64,000 nucleotides of DNA from Marsupella aquatica. Taxonomy: Eukaryota > Plantae > Marchantiophyta. The notes under the pieces were generated by a model. It saw nothing but the letters and a program-made list of their open reading frames with translations, was not told the origin of the DNA and searched no databases. Of the stretch, positions 13,085 to 25,446 are shown in pieces. How positions within the stretch are numbered: position 1 is the first letter of the stretch; the number at the start of each line of letters is the position of its first letter. The translations under genes and the position numbers were made by a program. The stretch covers positions 4,947,079 to 5,011,078 of the forward strand of contig OZ316898.1 in NCBI GenBank assembly GCA_973895155.1, given 5' to 3'.

Positions 13085-14290
13085 CTATCTGGGCGCCGCT
13101 GCATTGGAAGTTTCGTTGTTGACGCGACGCAGGATGGAGCTCTCCAGAGACACATGCTGGAATCCGAACTCCTCCACCACTTGATTGTCGGCGAAGTTGA
13201 ACGCTCGGGTCATATCCTGCAAGCACTTAGCTATGGGATAATCATTCTTGCCGCTACAAAGCTTGCATCCCACGAAATGGGTGATGAACGGCCACCGATC
13301 ATCTCCAAAACCAGGGTGGCTGGTTCTCATGTACTCCTCGTAGTGATCAGTCAGGAACACCCAATAGCCGTGGAGATAGAAATCACTCTCCAAATAGACT
13401 TTGGAGTAGAGCTTATCCTTCATGTCATTGAGGAGATAGACGAGTGAAGATTGGTCATCGGCCGGGAAGTCATCAACTCTACCTTGGAGGCTCTGCGTGA
13501 GGATCTTCCCCATGTTCCATCTCTGGTCTCCTCTGTTCTCTCCCAGGGTGCCCCAGAGATCCAGGAAATCAAGCGTCCACTGACAGTTCCGAAGAAGGAA
13601 AATGCCAGCATTCAACCCCACCCAATTCTTCTTCTCGAAGACCTCATTCGGCCAGCCATGAATTACCATATTGTGGTCCTTATACTTCTCCAGAGGGATC
13701 TCAAACGCCATGTCTGTGAACATGGCGTCGCTGTCCATCCACCAAACCCACTCCACCTCGGGATGCGTCAGCATAATGTTCCGGATGAGCGGCAGCTTCA
13801 CCCAGAAATCTACCATGGCATAATCCATGACTGCCATATTGTAGTAGCTCTCGATGTTGTGCCTCCTGCAGTAGTCCATCTTGTTCTTGTAGGCCTTCAA
13901 CAGCCAGTAATCGCCAATGGGGTTGGCACATTCCTCCGTCTGCGAGCCAGTGATCATGAACAAGCGCGGCTTACCCTTGATAGTGGTCCTCATGTGCGGG
14001 TTCTTCTCCAGCCAGGCTGCTCGCTGCTCATCCCAATCGGTGACCACAGGCCCCAGGCGGAATGGCTCAGAAGGATCTCGTTCCGGTTGTTCCTCGCTCT
14101 CAACCGGAGGATTCGTCGTCAAGAGCCTGAAGCTGGCGACTCCACTCAAGCTTAAGATGGTCACGGTGAGACACAGGACGGAAATGTTGGTCTTCCTGAG
14201 ACGTGCCTGAATTTGGCGGTCTAGATTTGCAGCGACCGTCTTGTCCACTAGCCATGTTGCATCGTTCACCTTGCCGCCTTTTCGCTCCAT
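13085..14290 (-). CDS. Glycosyltransferase family 34 (xyloglucan xylosyltransferase / galactomannan galactosyltransferase-like), type II Golgi membrane protein
   Basis: 401-aa single-exon ORF with an N-terminal TM helix and GT34 motifs DWDEQRAAWL, LLKAYKNKMDYCRRH, EWVWWMDSDAMFTD (DxD), GLNAGIFLLRNCQW, ADDQSSLVYL and RWPFITHFVGCK. Confidence 0.93.
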   Translation of the reverse strand: MERKGGKVNDATWLVDKTVAANLDRQIQARLRKTNISVLCLTVTILSLSGVASFRLLTTNPPVESEEQPERDPSEPFRLGPVVTDWDEQRAAWLEKNPHMRTTIKGKPRLFMITGSQTEECANPIGDYWLLKAYKNKMDYCRRHNIESYYNMAVMDYAMVDFWVKLPLIRNIMLTHPEVEWVWWMDSDAMFTDMAFEIPLEKYKDHNMVIHGWPNEVFEKKNWVGLNAGIFLLRNCQWTLDFLDLWGTLGENRGDQRWNMGKILTQSLQGRVDDFPADDQSSLVYLLNDMKDKLYSKVYLESDFYLHGYWVFLTDHYEEYMRTSHPGFGDDRWPFITHFVGCKLCSGKNDYPIAKCLQDMTRAFNFADNQVVEEFGFQHVSLESSILRRVNNETSNAAAPR

Positions 14291-15705
14291 AACGCCTAAC
14301 TAAGCCTATGCACCACTGCAGGAGGAACATTTTCTGTTACAACCGGAAGAATGCACACGGATGAATTCTACTGGATATCTAGGCGAGGAGAAAATGTCTC
14401 CCGTGTCCGGGCAGAAACGTCCAGAAAATCATGAACGCAAAACGAAAACAAGAAGAAACCTTGGGCTCGGCCCTCTTGTGCCGGAAGCCAAAGTAATGAG
14501 CCGCAATTTTGACGAGCTGAGTAGAGGGTGCGGGGTTGCAAAGAGGACATTCTAATTTCCGCTCAGCTGACAGGATTAGCATAGCTCTGACTCTCATCTC
14601 GAAATGCCAATTTCCCTCACCGTAAGGAGCTTCGTGACACAGAACAAAAGAAATGCTCAAAACCTGATTGTAGATTTCATGCTCAGCTAACGCCTGCTTG
14701 CCATGATCCTTCTCGGCTAACTCATAGGTGTAGTTAGACTTCTGAGATGGACATTTACGTTTCTAAGGAGGTGATCAAATGTCCACCGGGAACCCCAGAA
14801 TGAAAACAACGCAGCTACTGAAATATCTTTCAATCACAATTTCCATTCTATGTGACACCGGCCCTTCATCAGATCCAAAAGCAGAACTCGAACTTGAACT
14901 TCGGACTTAAACACAGTACACTTCGTTGACACTTACTCCGACTGACAGTGGAGCTGAAGACTAGGCATAAGTGCGAGGACAGACTTTACAAGTCCTTACA
15001 TCTTCAAGCAAATAGTGATAGCCAGAGGAGAACAAGTCGAGCCATTCACTCGTTTGCTTGCATGAGCTTACCGGAACAAAATCACGGCCATTGTCGATCA
15101 CCTTGAAGGGCCACAGATAACCTTGTAGAGCTATCAATCACCTTGCACATCGAGCACACATCAACCACATGCCGTGCACCCACAGAATCATGACCACCTT
15201 GCAGCAAGCGCACACAACGAGCTACTCCTCTTGCAACTCGACCTTATGTCTGTTGAAAACCTGAACTCTTGAAGAAGGGGCTCAGTAATAATGGTGTATG
15301 ACAAAGGGTGACCCTAGTGGTACGGTACAGCGACAAATGCGGATCAGAACGACGACGCCGATTCACATCCACTCTCAGTGAAATATTTAAACTCAGAATG
15401 ACTTCACTCACACACTTCAAACGGCAACGGCAACGTAAACAGATAGAGCAAATAGCCGAGTGACGACGATGCCCATCCTCACTTTGACCGACTTCCGTGA
15501 AATATTTTTAAACTTGCAACCACTTCACTCACACACTTCAAAGAGCGCTACAGATATATATCAAAATCCCGACGCTGCGAGCATTCACCCGACGTAACGA
15601 AGACTGTGGGGCACCAGACATCATCAGACCAGGAAGAAATCAAAGCTTGAACACAATACCTCAGCAAATCCGGAAAACAGAGCCCGTGCCGAAGAAGGAC
15701 AGACA

Positions 15706-15745
15706 TTAATGGTGCATTGATGACAGACCATCAATGCACCATTAA
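15706..15745. repeat. Perfect 17-bp hairpin with a 6-nt loop
   Basis: ttaatggtgcattgatg-acagac-catcaatgcaccattaa. Confidence 0.9.
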
Positions 15746-16480
15746 AGGATTGAGATGCAGCGCAACTGTGGAAAGCCAGAAATGAAGATGTGCATCGTCC
15801 CAACATGCTCAATTTCTCGTTGTATTCGTTTAATTAGGAAGACAAGGTGCTGAAGCAATACTGTCCAGAGGCCTGTTCAATCAGGATGACTCTCGTCCAG
15901 TTCAACTCCTTGATCAAGTTCAGTGTACGTGTGTGGGCATTGTTCGTCATCTATGAGAAAGATCGAGGAGGAATCAACGTCTCGATTCTGGCCACTAAAT
16001 CGACATACACAGGTCTGCGGCAGTTTAATGCAGAGGAGTGGGGAGTCGTTTCCAACCACCACTGGCCCAATTTATAAGGGGAAAGTGTCCAAAACTTGCC
16101 CCCTTTTTCCACATTCCACTCACTCCTTGCCTATACACTGCCCCGTCACACAATTCCAAACAAAGCGTTCCTATGAATGATGAACCTCTAGACAATAACT
16201 CTCAATAAAGAGAAATTGAACGATACTCTAAATAAGGACAAAACTGGAAGTGAAAAAAATAAGATGGGGGCGAAGATGATCCGGAAATAGAATAGAATTA
16301 TTTTTTTTTCGCAGGATTGGCTTTGTCTTCATCTCTATTTTACTTTCAGGGCGGGCTAGTCCAAGAATTAACAATGTATAGGTGATTTTTGCCTTTCAGA
16401 TACGATTCGTCATGGCCAAGAATGTATTAGCAGCACTTCACTGTGCTCGTTTGAGACAAGGAGAGAATAAACTCAAAATG

Positions 16481-16843
16481 CTTGGAGTGAAAGAGCAAAT
16501 CAATTCAATAGGTTTAGATCCAATATTTATTATTCTTTGTAGCAAACTGCAAAAGAACAAGAAGTGCCCCAAACAGGAGTCATGATCCCACAGCCAAAGA
16601 CCCCAATCAAGGGGAGATAGACTTGGAGTGAAAGAGCAAATAAATTCAATATGCCAAATACCCAATCAAGGGGAGATAGGCTTGGAGTGAAAGAGCAAAT
16701 AAATTCAATTGGCCGAAGACGGACCCAATCAAGGGTAGATAGGCTTGGAGTGGACGAGCAAGTAAATTCAATTGGCCGAAGACCGACCCAATCAAGGGGA
16801 GATAGGCTTGGAGTGAAAGAGCAAATAAATTCTATAGGCGAAA
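16481..16843. repeat. ~60-bp tandem array, left part (interrupted by the Helitron)
   Basis: Unit acccaatcaaggggagataggcttggagtgaaagagcaaataaattcaat..., about 5 copies. It explains the repetitive ORF at 16651-17166. Confidence 0.9.
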
Positions 16844-18029
16844 TCCTAAACTATAATACACAGTTGCGCAAAAAAATGGCGTGGTACTCATTCAAATTTG
16901 GAGTGTCCTTTTGGGTGAGAATAATTGAAACCTGTAAATATGGAACCAATAAGGGGGAAAAAAAAAATTTTGAGAAAACCTGTGTGCACAAAACAAGTAC
17001 ACAAAGATGCACAAGACAGGTACTATTGTACCTTCAAGTACAGCATATGAGCTCATTACTCTTAGGAGCCCCAGGTACAAGGTACAAAGGAGATAGAGGT
17101 CCTGTAAAAGGAGGTACAATTGTACCATCAGAGTACACAACTTTTAAGAGAGAGGGAAGAGCGTAGCTTCTTTCCTTTTGGAGTTTGGAGCTCTCTATGC
17201 CAAGCCTATGTGAGCTTATAAGGGCTCCAGACATTTAATGAGTACTTTTAAGCAACAACAACTACCCAATGGCAAGAAGAGGGAGTGTGAAGAGGAGCAA
17301 TACCCATTACCCAATAGCTAGAAGAGGGAGAGCGATGAGGGAGAGTGAAGAGGAAGGGATGATGACTCCTGAGACTACCCTGGCCCTGGCCTCATCCAAA
17401 CAACGTAGTTTTTAGGTGCAAACTTTTGCCAAATTCCACCTCCCCAAAATATGTTCACCACTTTTTCCGTCACTTTTGCCAAAAAATTGCTAGATTCTTT
17501 GTATACCATTGGCCACTCTCCCACCAAATCATGGACCCCATTTGCCAAAATCTAACCCTTGTATGTCAATCTAGGGATATCTTATGAAGAAGATATAATT
17601 CAAGAAAAATTGTTGAAGAATACTCCTAGCATTTTCTTCCTTTGAGAGGCTGACATTTGTCACACTGGCCAGAAACAAACAAATAATGTTGTAAAAAATG
17701 CTAGATCCAACATCCCAGGGTGGAATGAAACCCGAGACCCCAAGGTCCCATCCCCAACCTAACTCAATCTTGCCCCGGGTTCCAACTCCCCAACAACCCC
17801 TCAGTTGTTGTTATGTCTTGCCACTTTGTTTAGCACAGGAAGAGGCATGGGGTGGGGGCCAAAATATTTGGACCAAAGTTGGTCCGGGGGTGGCAGGTCC
17901 TCCAATGTTGGAAAGTGTTGCAAACCACACCACCACCCCAGGGGGGCATGGTATTGGCGAGTAAGGAGCCGAGTAAACTTGGATGAGGTTACCAAAGGGG
18001 TTCCATGCAAGGGGTCGGCAATTTGTTTT

Positions 18030-18520
18030 GTTGAAAAGTGGGCTGAGTCGTGCCGTTGCCCCAAGGGGAATTGGCATTGGGGCGGCCACAGCCAAGTAAG
18101 CGGCCACGGTCAACTTTAAGCAAACTAAGCTTAAAGTAACCAAAAAAACTGGGGTTACTGATGGGGTTCCAAGATATATGCAAGGGTAGGGAAAGGGCCG
18201 TTGAAAAGTCAGCCAAGCTGCTCCGTTACCCGAGGGGGTCTTGACATTGGGGCGGCCAATGTCAATTAAGCTATTGCGGCGACTTTAAGTAAGAACTCTA
18301 AGGTAGCCAAAACTTTGGGCCCAATGGGGTTCTAAGATGCAAGGGGTAGTGAAGAGTTGTTGAAAAGTCAGCCAAGCCGTGTCATTATCCCAAGGGGTCT
18401 TGGCATCCCGCTCGGCATTGGGGCGGCCAAAGCCAAGTAAGCAGCCATGGTAACTTTAAGTAAAAAGCTTAAAGTAACAAAAACTTTGGGGTTATCAATG
18501 GGGCTTCAGGATGCAAGGGG
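18030..18520. repeat. Three ~160-170 bp GC-rich direct repeats inside the Helitron
   Basis: gttgaaaagt...cccaagggg...cattggggcggcca...actttaag...gcaaggg at ~18030, ~18200 and ~18359. Confidence 0.8.
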
Positions 18521-18589
18521 TGGCAAAAAAGTGGCAACAACTTAACAACTTTTTTTACTTAACATGGTTTACTAGCAATATTTTCAATT

Positions 18590-19862
18590 GTACTTAAGAA
18601 CATCTTTTACTTCACAACTTACATATTTGTCTAATGACATCCCTTTACTTATCGACCATTTTGTACTTAACAAAAAAATACTTAATAACATCTTTCGTAA
18701 AACATCATCTTTTACCTGACAACATCTTGGACATAAAGACATCTTTGGTGCAATGACATCTTTTACTTCACAACATTTTTCACATAAGAACATTTTTTCT
18801 TCACGACACCTTTGGCATCACGACATCATAGTTCTTAATGACATCTTTTTACTTCACAACATCTTTCACATATTAACAACTTCTTTGGCAACATAACATC
18901 TTTTTTCTTAACGACATCTTTGGCAACATGACATCTTTTTTCTTAAAAAAATCTTTGACAACACAACATGTTTTTACTTAACAAAATTGTTGGCAACATC
19001 ACTTTTTTTCATGACAACATCTTTGGCAACACAACATATTTTTTCTTAACGACATCTTTTGTGCAACGCACGGGTATTGAGCCATCTTTCACATATTAAT
19101 GACATATTGGGTGAAACTACACCTTTTTATTTATAACATCTTTTACTTCACAATCACTTAGTTTGGCAAAATGACACCTTTTTCTTAACGCCATCTTTCA
19201 CATAATGACATCTTTGGAAAAATGACTTCTTTTTTCTTAACGACATCTTTTTACTTCATGACATCTTTCAGATACCAACATCTTGGGCGACACGACATCT
19301 TTTGTGCAATGCACTGATATTTTTCCTCAATGACGTCTTGGCCAACACGACATCTGTTTTCTCAACGACGTCTTGGCCGACACGACTCTTTTTTCACAAT
19401 GATGTCTTGCCCGACACAACATATTTTCTCTCAACGACGTCTTGGCCGACATGACATCTTTTTTCTCAACGACTTCTTTGCCAACACAAGATCCTTTATC
19501 TCAATGATTTCTTGGCCGGTCACACGACATCTTTTTTGAGATCTTGGCCAACACGACATCATTTTTCTCAACGACCTCTTGGCCAATACAACTTTTTTTC
19601 TCAACAACCTCGTGGTCGACACGACATCTTTTTTCTCAACCAAATCTTGGCCGACATGACATCTTAGTCGACTCGACATCTTTTGTTCTCAACGACATCT
19701 TGGCCGACACGACATATTCTGTTTATCATCAACATCTTGCCGACACGACATCTTTTGTTCTCAAAAAATTTTTGGGCGACACGACATCTTTCTTCTCAAC
19801 AACCTCTTGGCCGACATGACCTCTTTTGTTCTCAACGACATCTTGGCCGTCACGACATCTTT
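18590..19862. repeat. Minisatellite (~19/38-bp acgacatctt-based unit) inside the Helitron
   Basis: Dozens of copies of ttttttctcaacgacatcttggccgacacgacatc and decayed variants. Confidence 0.9.
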
Positions 19863-19888
19863 TGTGCAACGCACAGGTATTGAGCTAG

Positions 19889-19995
19889 TACCTTATGAAG
19901 GGGAGATAGGCTTGGAGTGAAAGAGCAAATTAATTTCTATAGTATAGGCGTGGAGTGAAAGAGCAAATAAATTCAAAAGGATAGGCTTGGTGGGA
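19889..19995. repeat. ~60-bp tandem array, right part
   Basis: ggggagataggcttggagtgaaagagcaaat resumes directly after the Helitron CTAG. Confidence 0.85.
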
Positions 19996-20173
19996 AAGCA
20001 TGAAAAAATAAAGTTTTCAGTACATAAAAGGAGTATAAAATTGATACGGGCATGCAATGAACAGTAGGTCCTAACGTTGACGATGGATTTGTATCAGGTG
20101 GGCACCACAATTTCATGCTGCTGCCGAGCTTCTATGCACTAATTGCCCAAGAGTGTGCTGCAGCAGCTCCACT

Positions 20174-23100
20174 ATGGCTGCCACCATTCAATTCTTCTCG
20201 GACGAGCTCCAGTTCTGCTGCACTGCTGCTCCTCCTGCCTCTGTGTCCAGTTCAATTGGCACCAGAAGAGTGTTCAAGCATCGGAGGCTGATTTGGTGTC
20301 CTTCTCCCTCTTCTTCTGATTTTGGAAGGACCTCGCAATTCGGCAATGCTGCTGGAACTCCTCGTAGGCTGAATTGCGGTGCAGCGTTTGAGAGTTTCAG
20401 GTCATCCGTGGCATTTCTACGCACTTCGGGATTTGGTGAAAGACGATCAGGAAGGCTGACAGCCAGAGTCAGGGCCGAAAATGAGAGCGGAAACGGAACA
20501 GCTGCCGCTGATGATGAGCCGGCTAGTGAAGGAAATGGAAAGTGATGGCAAGCAAGAAAGAGGAGGGAAAGAATGAGGTTTGCCTGGTGTGCGTAATCGA
20601 GTTTCCACGGGAGTTGAGAGGCGAGACCGGTTTTGATAGCGAAGCTGCTCTCCTCCATTTGGGAGCAGAGTATTACGCTCTGTGAGAAAAATTGGAGGTG
20701 ACTGATTGCGGCCCAAGATGAGGTGCAAAGCAAGATGAATGTAGTGAGGGAGCGAGTCACAGGTGCTGTGAACGACGTTCGGCGCAGATGCTGGCCTCAG
20801 TTTGTGAATTGGAACCTGATAGAACTTTGGCAGGTCAGTTATCATTAGACTTTTCGTAGTTGTATGTTGTTAATCGTGGAAATTAAATGAATGGTGTTTG
20901 AGGTCAGGACACCTATCGTGGGAATGAATGAACTAGTGAATGAATGGCTTTCGAGATGAAGCCTTCGGTAGTGGAGATAAAATAAGCAGTGAATGAATGG
21001 TGTTTGAAAGGTGAAGTTCCTCTGAGAGGGGAAAATGAGTGAACGAATGAGTCCGTGAATGGGTGGGTTTTAAGGTCAAATCCTACTTCGGCAGTCCTCT
21101 GTTGCTTGCTGCAATTTGAGTACGTCAATTGGATTTGAGATCCCCTTTGTTATATGATATTTACAACTCGAAACGTAGGAAGATTGTTTGGATAGAAATA
21201 AGTTCCAAATCTGATAGATTCATTGGGTTTCATCTTCTGCCAATTATGTTCAGGTTTCTAAATTGATCGCTTGAGCCTTGGACCATCAAATTGGAGATCT
21301 TAGACATGCTTGGGACGACGGTTCTGTTCAATAGACTAAAGGAAGCCGTAACAAATTCCGAAATTGAGAGCGGACCCTCGAGCGGGACAAGGCTATCAGA
21401 TTGTAGCCTTATCTTCGAGTGCTCTGTTGAAGAATATTCATGGAAAGAACATTGACTCAATCTTATTTCCCAAAAAATGGTTGCCATCAGTGGTCCATAA
21501 TGTGGACTATCCATTCATGAAACAATATTGCTTCCGTTGCACAAGTACCACGGTTCAGGGCCACAGGTATGAGCTTTGAGTATTGTAAGATTCTGAGTTC
21601 ATGATGGTTGCCAACATCATAGGACAAAATGGGATTTCAACGTGCTGGGCACTTGTCTTGTACCTGCTCCTAGTTGGATCTTTCTTGCGGGGAGCACACA
21701 TGATTGTAACAAACCCTAGACCAGGCAAAAAGACAGTCGAAGAAACGACTGACGCCTTCTTGGAAAGCGTCTTCCGGAGCCAACCCCAGCAAACATTCAA
21801 AATTAATTATTATGTCTATCCCCTTGTTCTTACTCACGTTATTCCTTCGCTCAGGGAAGATTTGAATTTGAAAACCAGTACCAAAGAAAATTTATGTCGA
21901 ATTGTCACACAACCTAACAATGTGGCGGGAGAAGATGCCTGGAGGGCTCAATATAAAGAAGTTCAAGCTTGGAGAGGATGGGGAATACGAGCAGGACTAT
22001 TCATTTCCAGGCGTCTGGCACTGCGACTGGGACGGATAAGATCTTTGATATTTTTTTCACTGCCAGAGCAAATGTATTGTCACACATCCCAACCCCTGAA
22101 GGAATGTTTTAAATTCAATAACTATAGCAGCTATTTGAGGGCATGGGTGTTGGGTTATTGAACCAAGAACAAGAGAAAGCTGTACAAAAGGTATTTCTGA
22201 CGATCTAAACAACAGTCTGTGGAAGGATAGTTTTATGGAGCCATAGCTCCGCTTTGAAATTTTGTCTTTCCTACTTTTATCTGTCAGTCTCTCCTCTGAC
22301 TCTGGGTTGAACACAATCGCATGTTAATTGCAACCTCCCAAGCTTGAGAATCTTTACCGACGGATCGCACCTCTACAGATACCTGAAGAGAACAAGAGGT
22401 TTCGTTTTAAAGTTTGAGATGTGAGATCAGTCATTAGGGCTCTTTTGGCTAGATTGGATCCTATACGTACATCATCTTGAGTGACTTCGCAGGACGCAAC
22501 TGACACTGAATAATGATGGAAGAATAAACAGTGAAACTAGACTCAAACAGTGCCGTCCCTTCTAGGTCTTGAACATTACTATGTTATTCTTGCTGAAATA
22601 TGCTAATAATAGCCTTCACTTTTGTCCTTTCAGTTGGCTCTTCAGTTGACCATCAGCCGTGCCAACAGCCGGCTAGGTTTTTTCCCTATGAAGTGGCGTG
22701 ACACAATGGATCCACCCAAACTTCCTGGTGAAGTTGAGCTGATTCCAACTGAGGTACCTTTGTCAGGTCCTCCAAGCAGTGTCTTTTTCTGTTTTTCTTC
22801 CAATGCTGCAACTCTATACTCAAGATGTCTACCCGGATGTGGATGTTTCTCAAAGGTCTTAATAGAAGGTGCTGGAAGTTGAGCTTGGATGACTGATTGC
22901 GTTTACAGCGTCGCCTCCATGTGTTCTCATGAAGTTATTGCCTTCCGCAGTGGGATAAACAAGGAACACAGATTGTAAACATGTCAGTCGATCTTTCCGA
23001 GCTATTCACCCGGGAAGGCAAGGGCCTATGTACAGATCTCGTTCACCATCAAGCTTTTTCGGATGATTTATGAAATGAGGTGCCATCACCTTCTGTCCAG

Positions 23101-23740
23101 AAAAGGTGTACTCAGAATAAAGGGATTGGGCACTGGGGAACTGGAGTGACCCAAACATTTATGCAACTGTTGGAAGTTGTGGCTTGCATGATATTGACAC
23201 TATCTGTGCTTTTGCAGTATGCTGAAGAAGCAGAGAAGATTGCTATAACAGCTTTGTCACAAAATCGACATATTTTGGAGAGACTACCAGATGTCCCATT
23301 TGCCAAAACAAAACTGAGTGGATTCGTAAGTTTTAATATTGCTTCGTCGGTAAAAAGATATTGTTTCAATGTTCAGGTCAATAGCCGCACTACAATAAAT
23401 TTACTTGGTTGCAGTGAGAAGAACATAGGGACTCGAGTCACCGAAGAGTCTGTGTCAAGTGCTCTTCTGCAGACTGCATGACAACTAGGCTCCTAATCTT
23501 TATCTCAATGTTCTTTATTTCGATCCTGCATCAACGGGAAGCAGACGACATTATCGGATCGATGAACTGTCCTTCTACCAGACTTCATGGATAGCAGCCC
23601 CATGACCGACTTCAAGTCATTTGAGGTATTAATGTCCTCAATAGATAGTTGGAGATGGCTACTCTGTCGTTTCGATGATGCAGATAATGATTCTTGCCAA
23701 GAATTTATCAACCCAATAATTACCACGATCCACTATGTCT
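20174..23740 (+). pseudogene. FTSH12: Degenerate, internally deleted copy of chloroplast FtsH12 (inner-envelope AAA protease)
   Basis: Transit-peptide-like start (ATG 20174, TGA 20543-20545), then collinear fragments resembling FtsH12: ETGFDSEAA (~20622); PQFVNWNLIELWQ|gt (to 20833); ALVLYLLL...EETTDAFLESVF (21650-21780); VAGEDAW; QLFEGMGVGLLNQEQEK (22128-22190); LALQLTISRANSRLG (22634-22753); WD...MSVDLSELFTRE (22951-23016); YAEEAEKIAITALSQNRHILE (23218-23325); SPMTDFKSFE. Several stops and frameshifts; no Walker A/B or HExxH motif found. Confidence 0.78.
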
Positions 23741-25446
23741 GTCTCTTCATGATTCCGGGAGAAGGTTACACCCCCAAAGATGCGAGGTCGATATGAGGAA
23801 ATGGATAATATGCAGCACCTCTCCATGAATGTTGACACAATCAGTTTTTTATTTTGAAATGGCTCAGACAGGAACTTGAATGTTTCCACAAATGTGGTAA
23901 ACTTGTTAGAATAGTAGTATTTAGAGATGCCATAGGCAAAAGTGGTTGCGTTGAACTATCAAAATCCCCTCGGTCAATTGTTCCACAGCAGTTTTTGACC
24001 TCTACCTTCCACACGTTTCCTTCACATAGGTATGTATTTAAAGACCTCAAAACCAGATGGTGCTCATTATGGTCTGCGCTTCTCAAGTTGGTAGGGACTG
24101 GCCTGAGCATTCATATACATCTAGCATGCAATTCCTTGTTTCCGGATTGCTTCTGTGTTTTCTGGGGCCAATTTACTCGATGTTTCGACTTCAGATCTAA
24201 ATGGCGGTTTGCATAGGCACGAATGTCATGCCTTCCTCAAATTCAATCCTAGATACTAATTTCTGAATCATTGTATGGGGATGTATGGAATTCTGAACAA
24301 AGAAAGCGACGTCAGTCTAAATCATAAATCTGTATGTTTTACTTGAATTCTTCCCCCAAATTGAAGCGTATGGGTACACAAATGAGAACTTTTCGAATCG
24401 GAAGTGTCTGCCCTTGGACAGCTTACTAAGGCCTTGTAGTACCTTTGAAACTATGCTTTAAAATACTGCCCCTCCGCAAGGAGCCGCTCTAAGTTGTTTA
24501 CCTCACAACTCTACAAGCTGAAGTTCCCTTTGCCCAGACTACCATAGTGCTCAAAAAATAATGAGCTATTAATATTGTGGATGTACATCCAGTTCCCTCA
24601 AAACTAAACAATTCTTACAAAGTATTAGAGTGCTTGAATTTTGTGATGTAAATTTTATGAATATGCTAAACATCCTGGTATAAACACTGACTTTTCAGAG
24701 GTTGCATTCTTTTTAAAACAAGATAACAAATTATTGGCGCTGCATTGTTTCTTGGAATAAATAATAAGTAATTTTTTCCGCAGGTGGTCCTGCTCCAATC
24801 TCGAAATTTGAGACAACAGTGTGAGATTTGCCTGCCACTCAGATAATCCGGTGCCTCTTGCCTGGCTGTCCTTGGTACCTATCCCATGTTCCATACAAAG
24901 GCTGTTGTCTACCAGCAGACACTGGTGGCGAGACGTCATTATTGTGGGGACTGAAGCTCTGCAAGAAGAGGAAAGTTAAGGACTATTGCAGGTTTTCATG
25001 AGGTGGACAACACAGAAAAAATTGCAATACGCATCATAGAGGAGAAACAATATGCTCGGTGAAATGCTCAGAAATTCATATGAAAGTTTTAGAAAACCAG
25101 TCTCAGAGGTTGCTCATTGGTAGTTTCCCTTCAAAAACAATGTTCAATAATGTTTACATCTGCTAGTTCTCTTATCTATAAGTGTATAATCCCAATCAAA
25201 AGTTACTGCCTGGGCCTACTGTCTAGAATGAATACTCTAGACAGTGACTCTGAGGACATAATTGAAAGTGAATGTGCATACAAAAAACAGAGATAGGGGT
25301 GATGTGACTCTAAGCCCATAACTAAAAGTGAGGGCAGGAAACTGGGATGGGGGCAAAGATGGACTGGAAATAATGAGAAAACTTATTTTGCTATGTCATT
25401 TTTTGTCTCATCTCTATATATGTTCATGGATCAGGTAATTGGGCTA

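Larger units (their letters stand above)
16844..19888 (+). mobile_element. Non-autonomous Helitron, 3045 bp
   Basis: 5' end A|TCCTAAACTATAATA. 3' hairpin tgtgc-aac-gcaca (19863-19875) followed by CTAG|T (19885-19888). No TSD. Removing the element restores one gap-free unit of the flanking tandem array. No RepHel ORF. Confidence 0.85.

Noticed and set aside
13082-14210. Plus-strand ORFs of 97-234 aa opposite the GT34 gene (similar ones lie opposite both TMN genes and gag)
   Set aside because: Antisense shadows of GC-rich coding sequence with no motifs. The 56376 ORF differs in lying mostly outside any sense CDS.
16481-16843. Repeat array superficially like CRISPR
   Set aside because: The intervening segments are homologous rather than unique spacers, the context is eukaryotic and there are no cas genes. 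The 171-aa ORF at 16651 is a repeat artefact.
19330-19883. Several short ORFs on both strands
   Set aside because: Products of the minisatellite periodicity.
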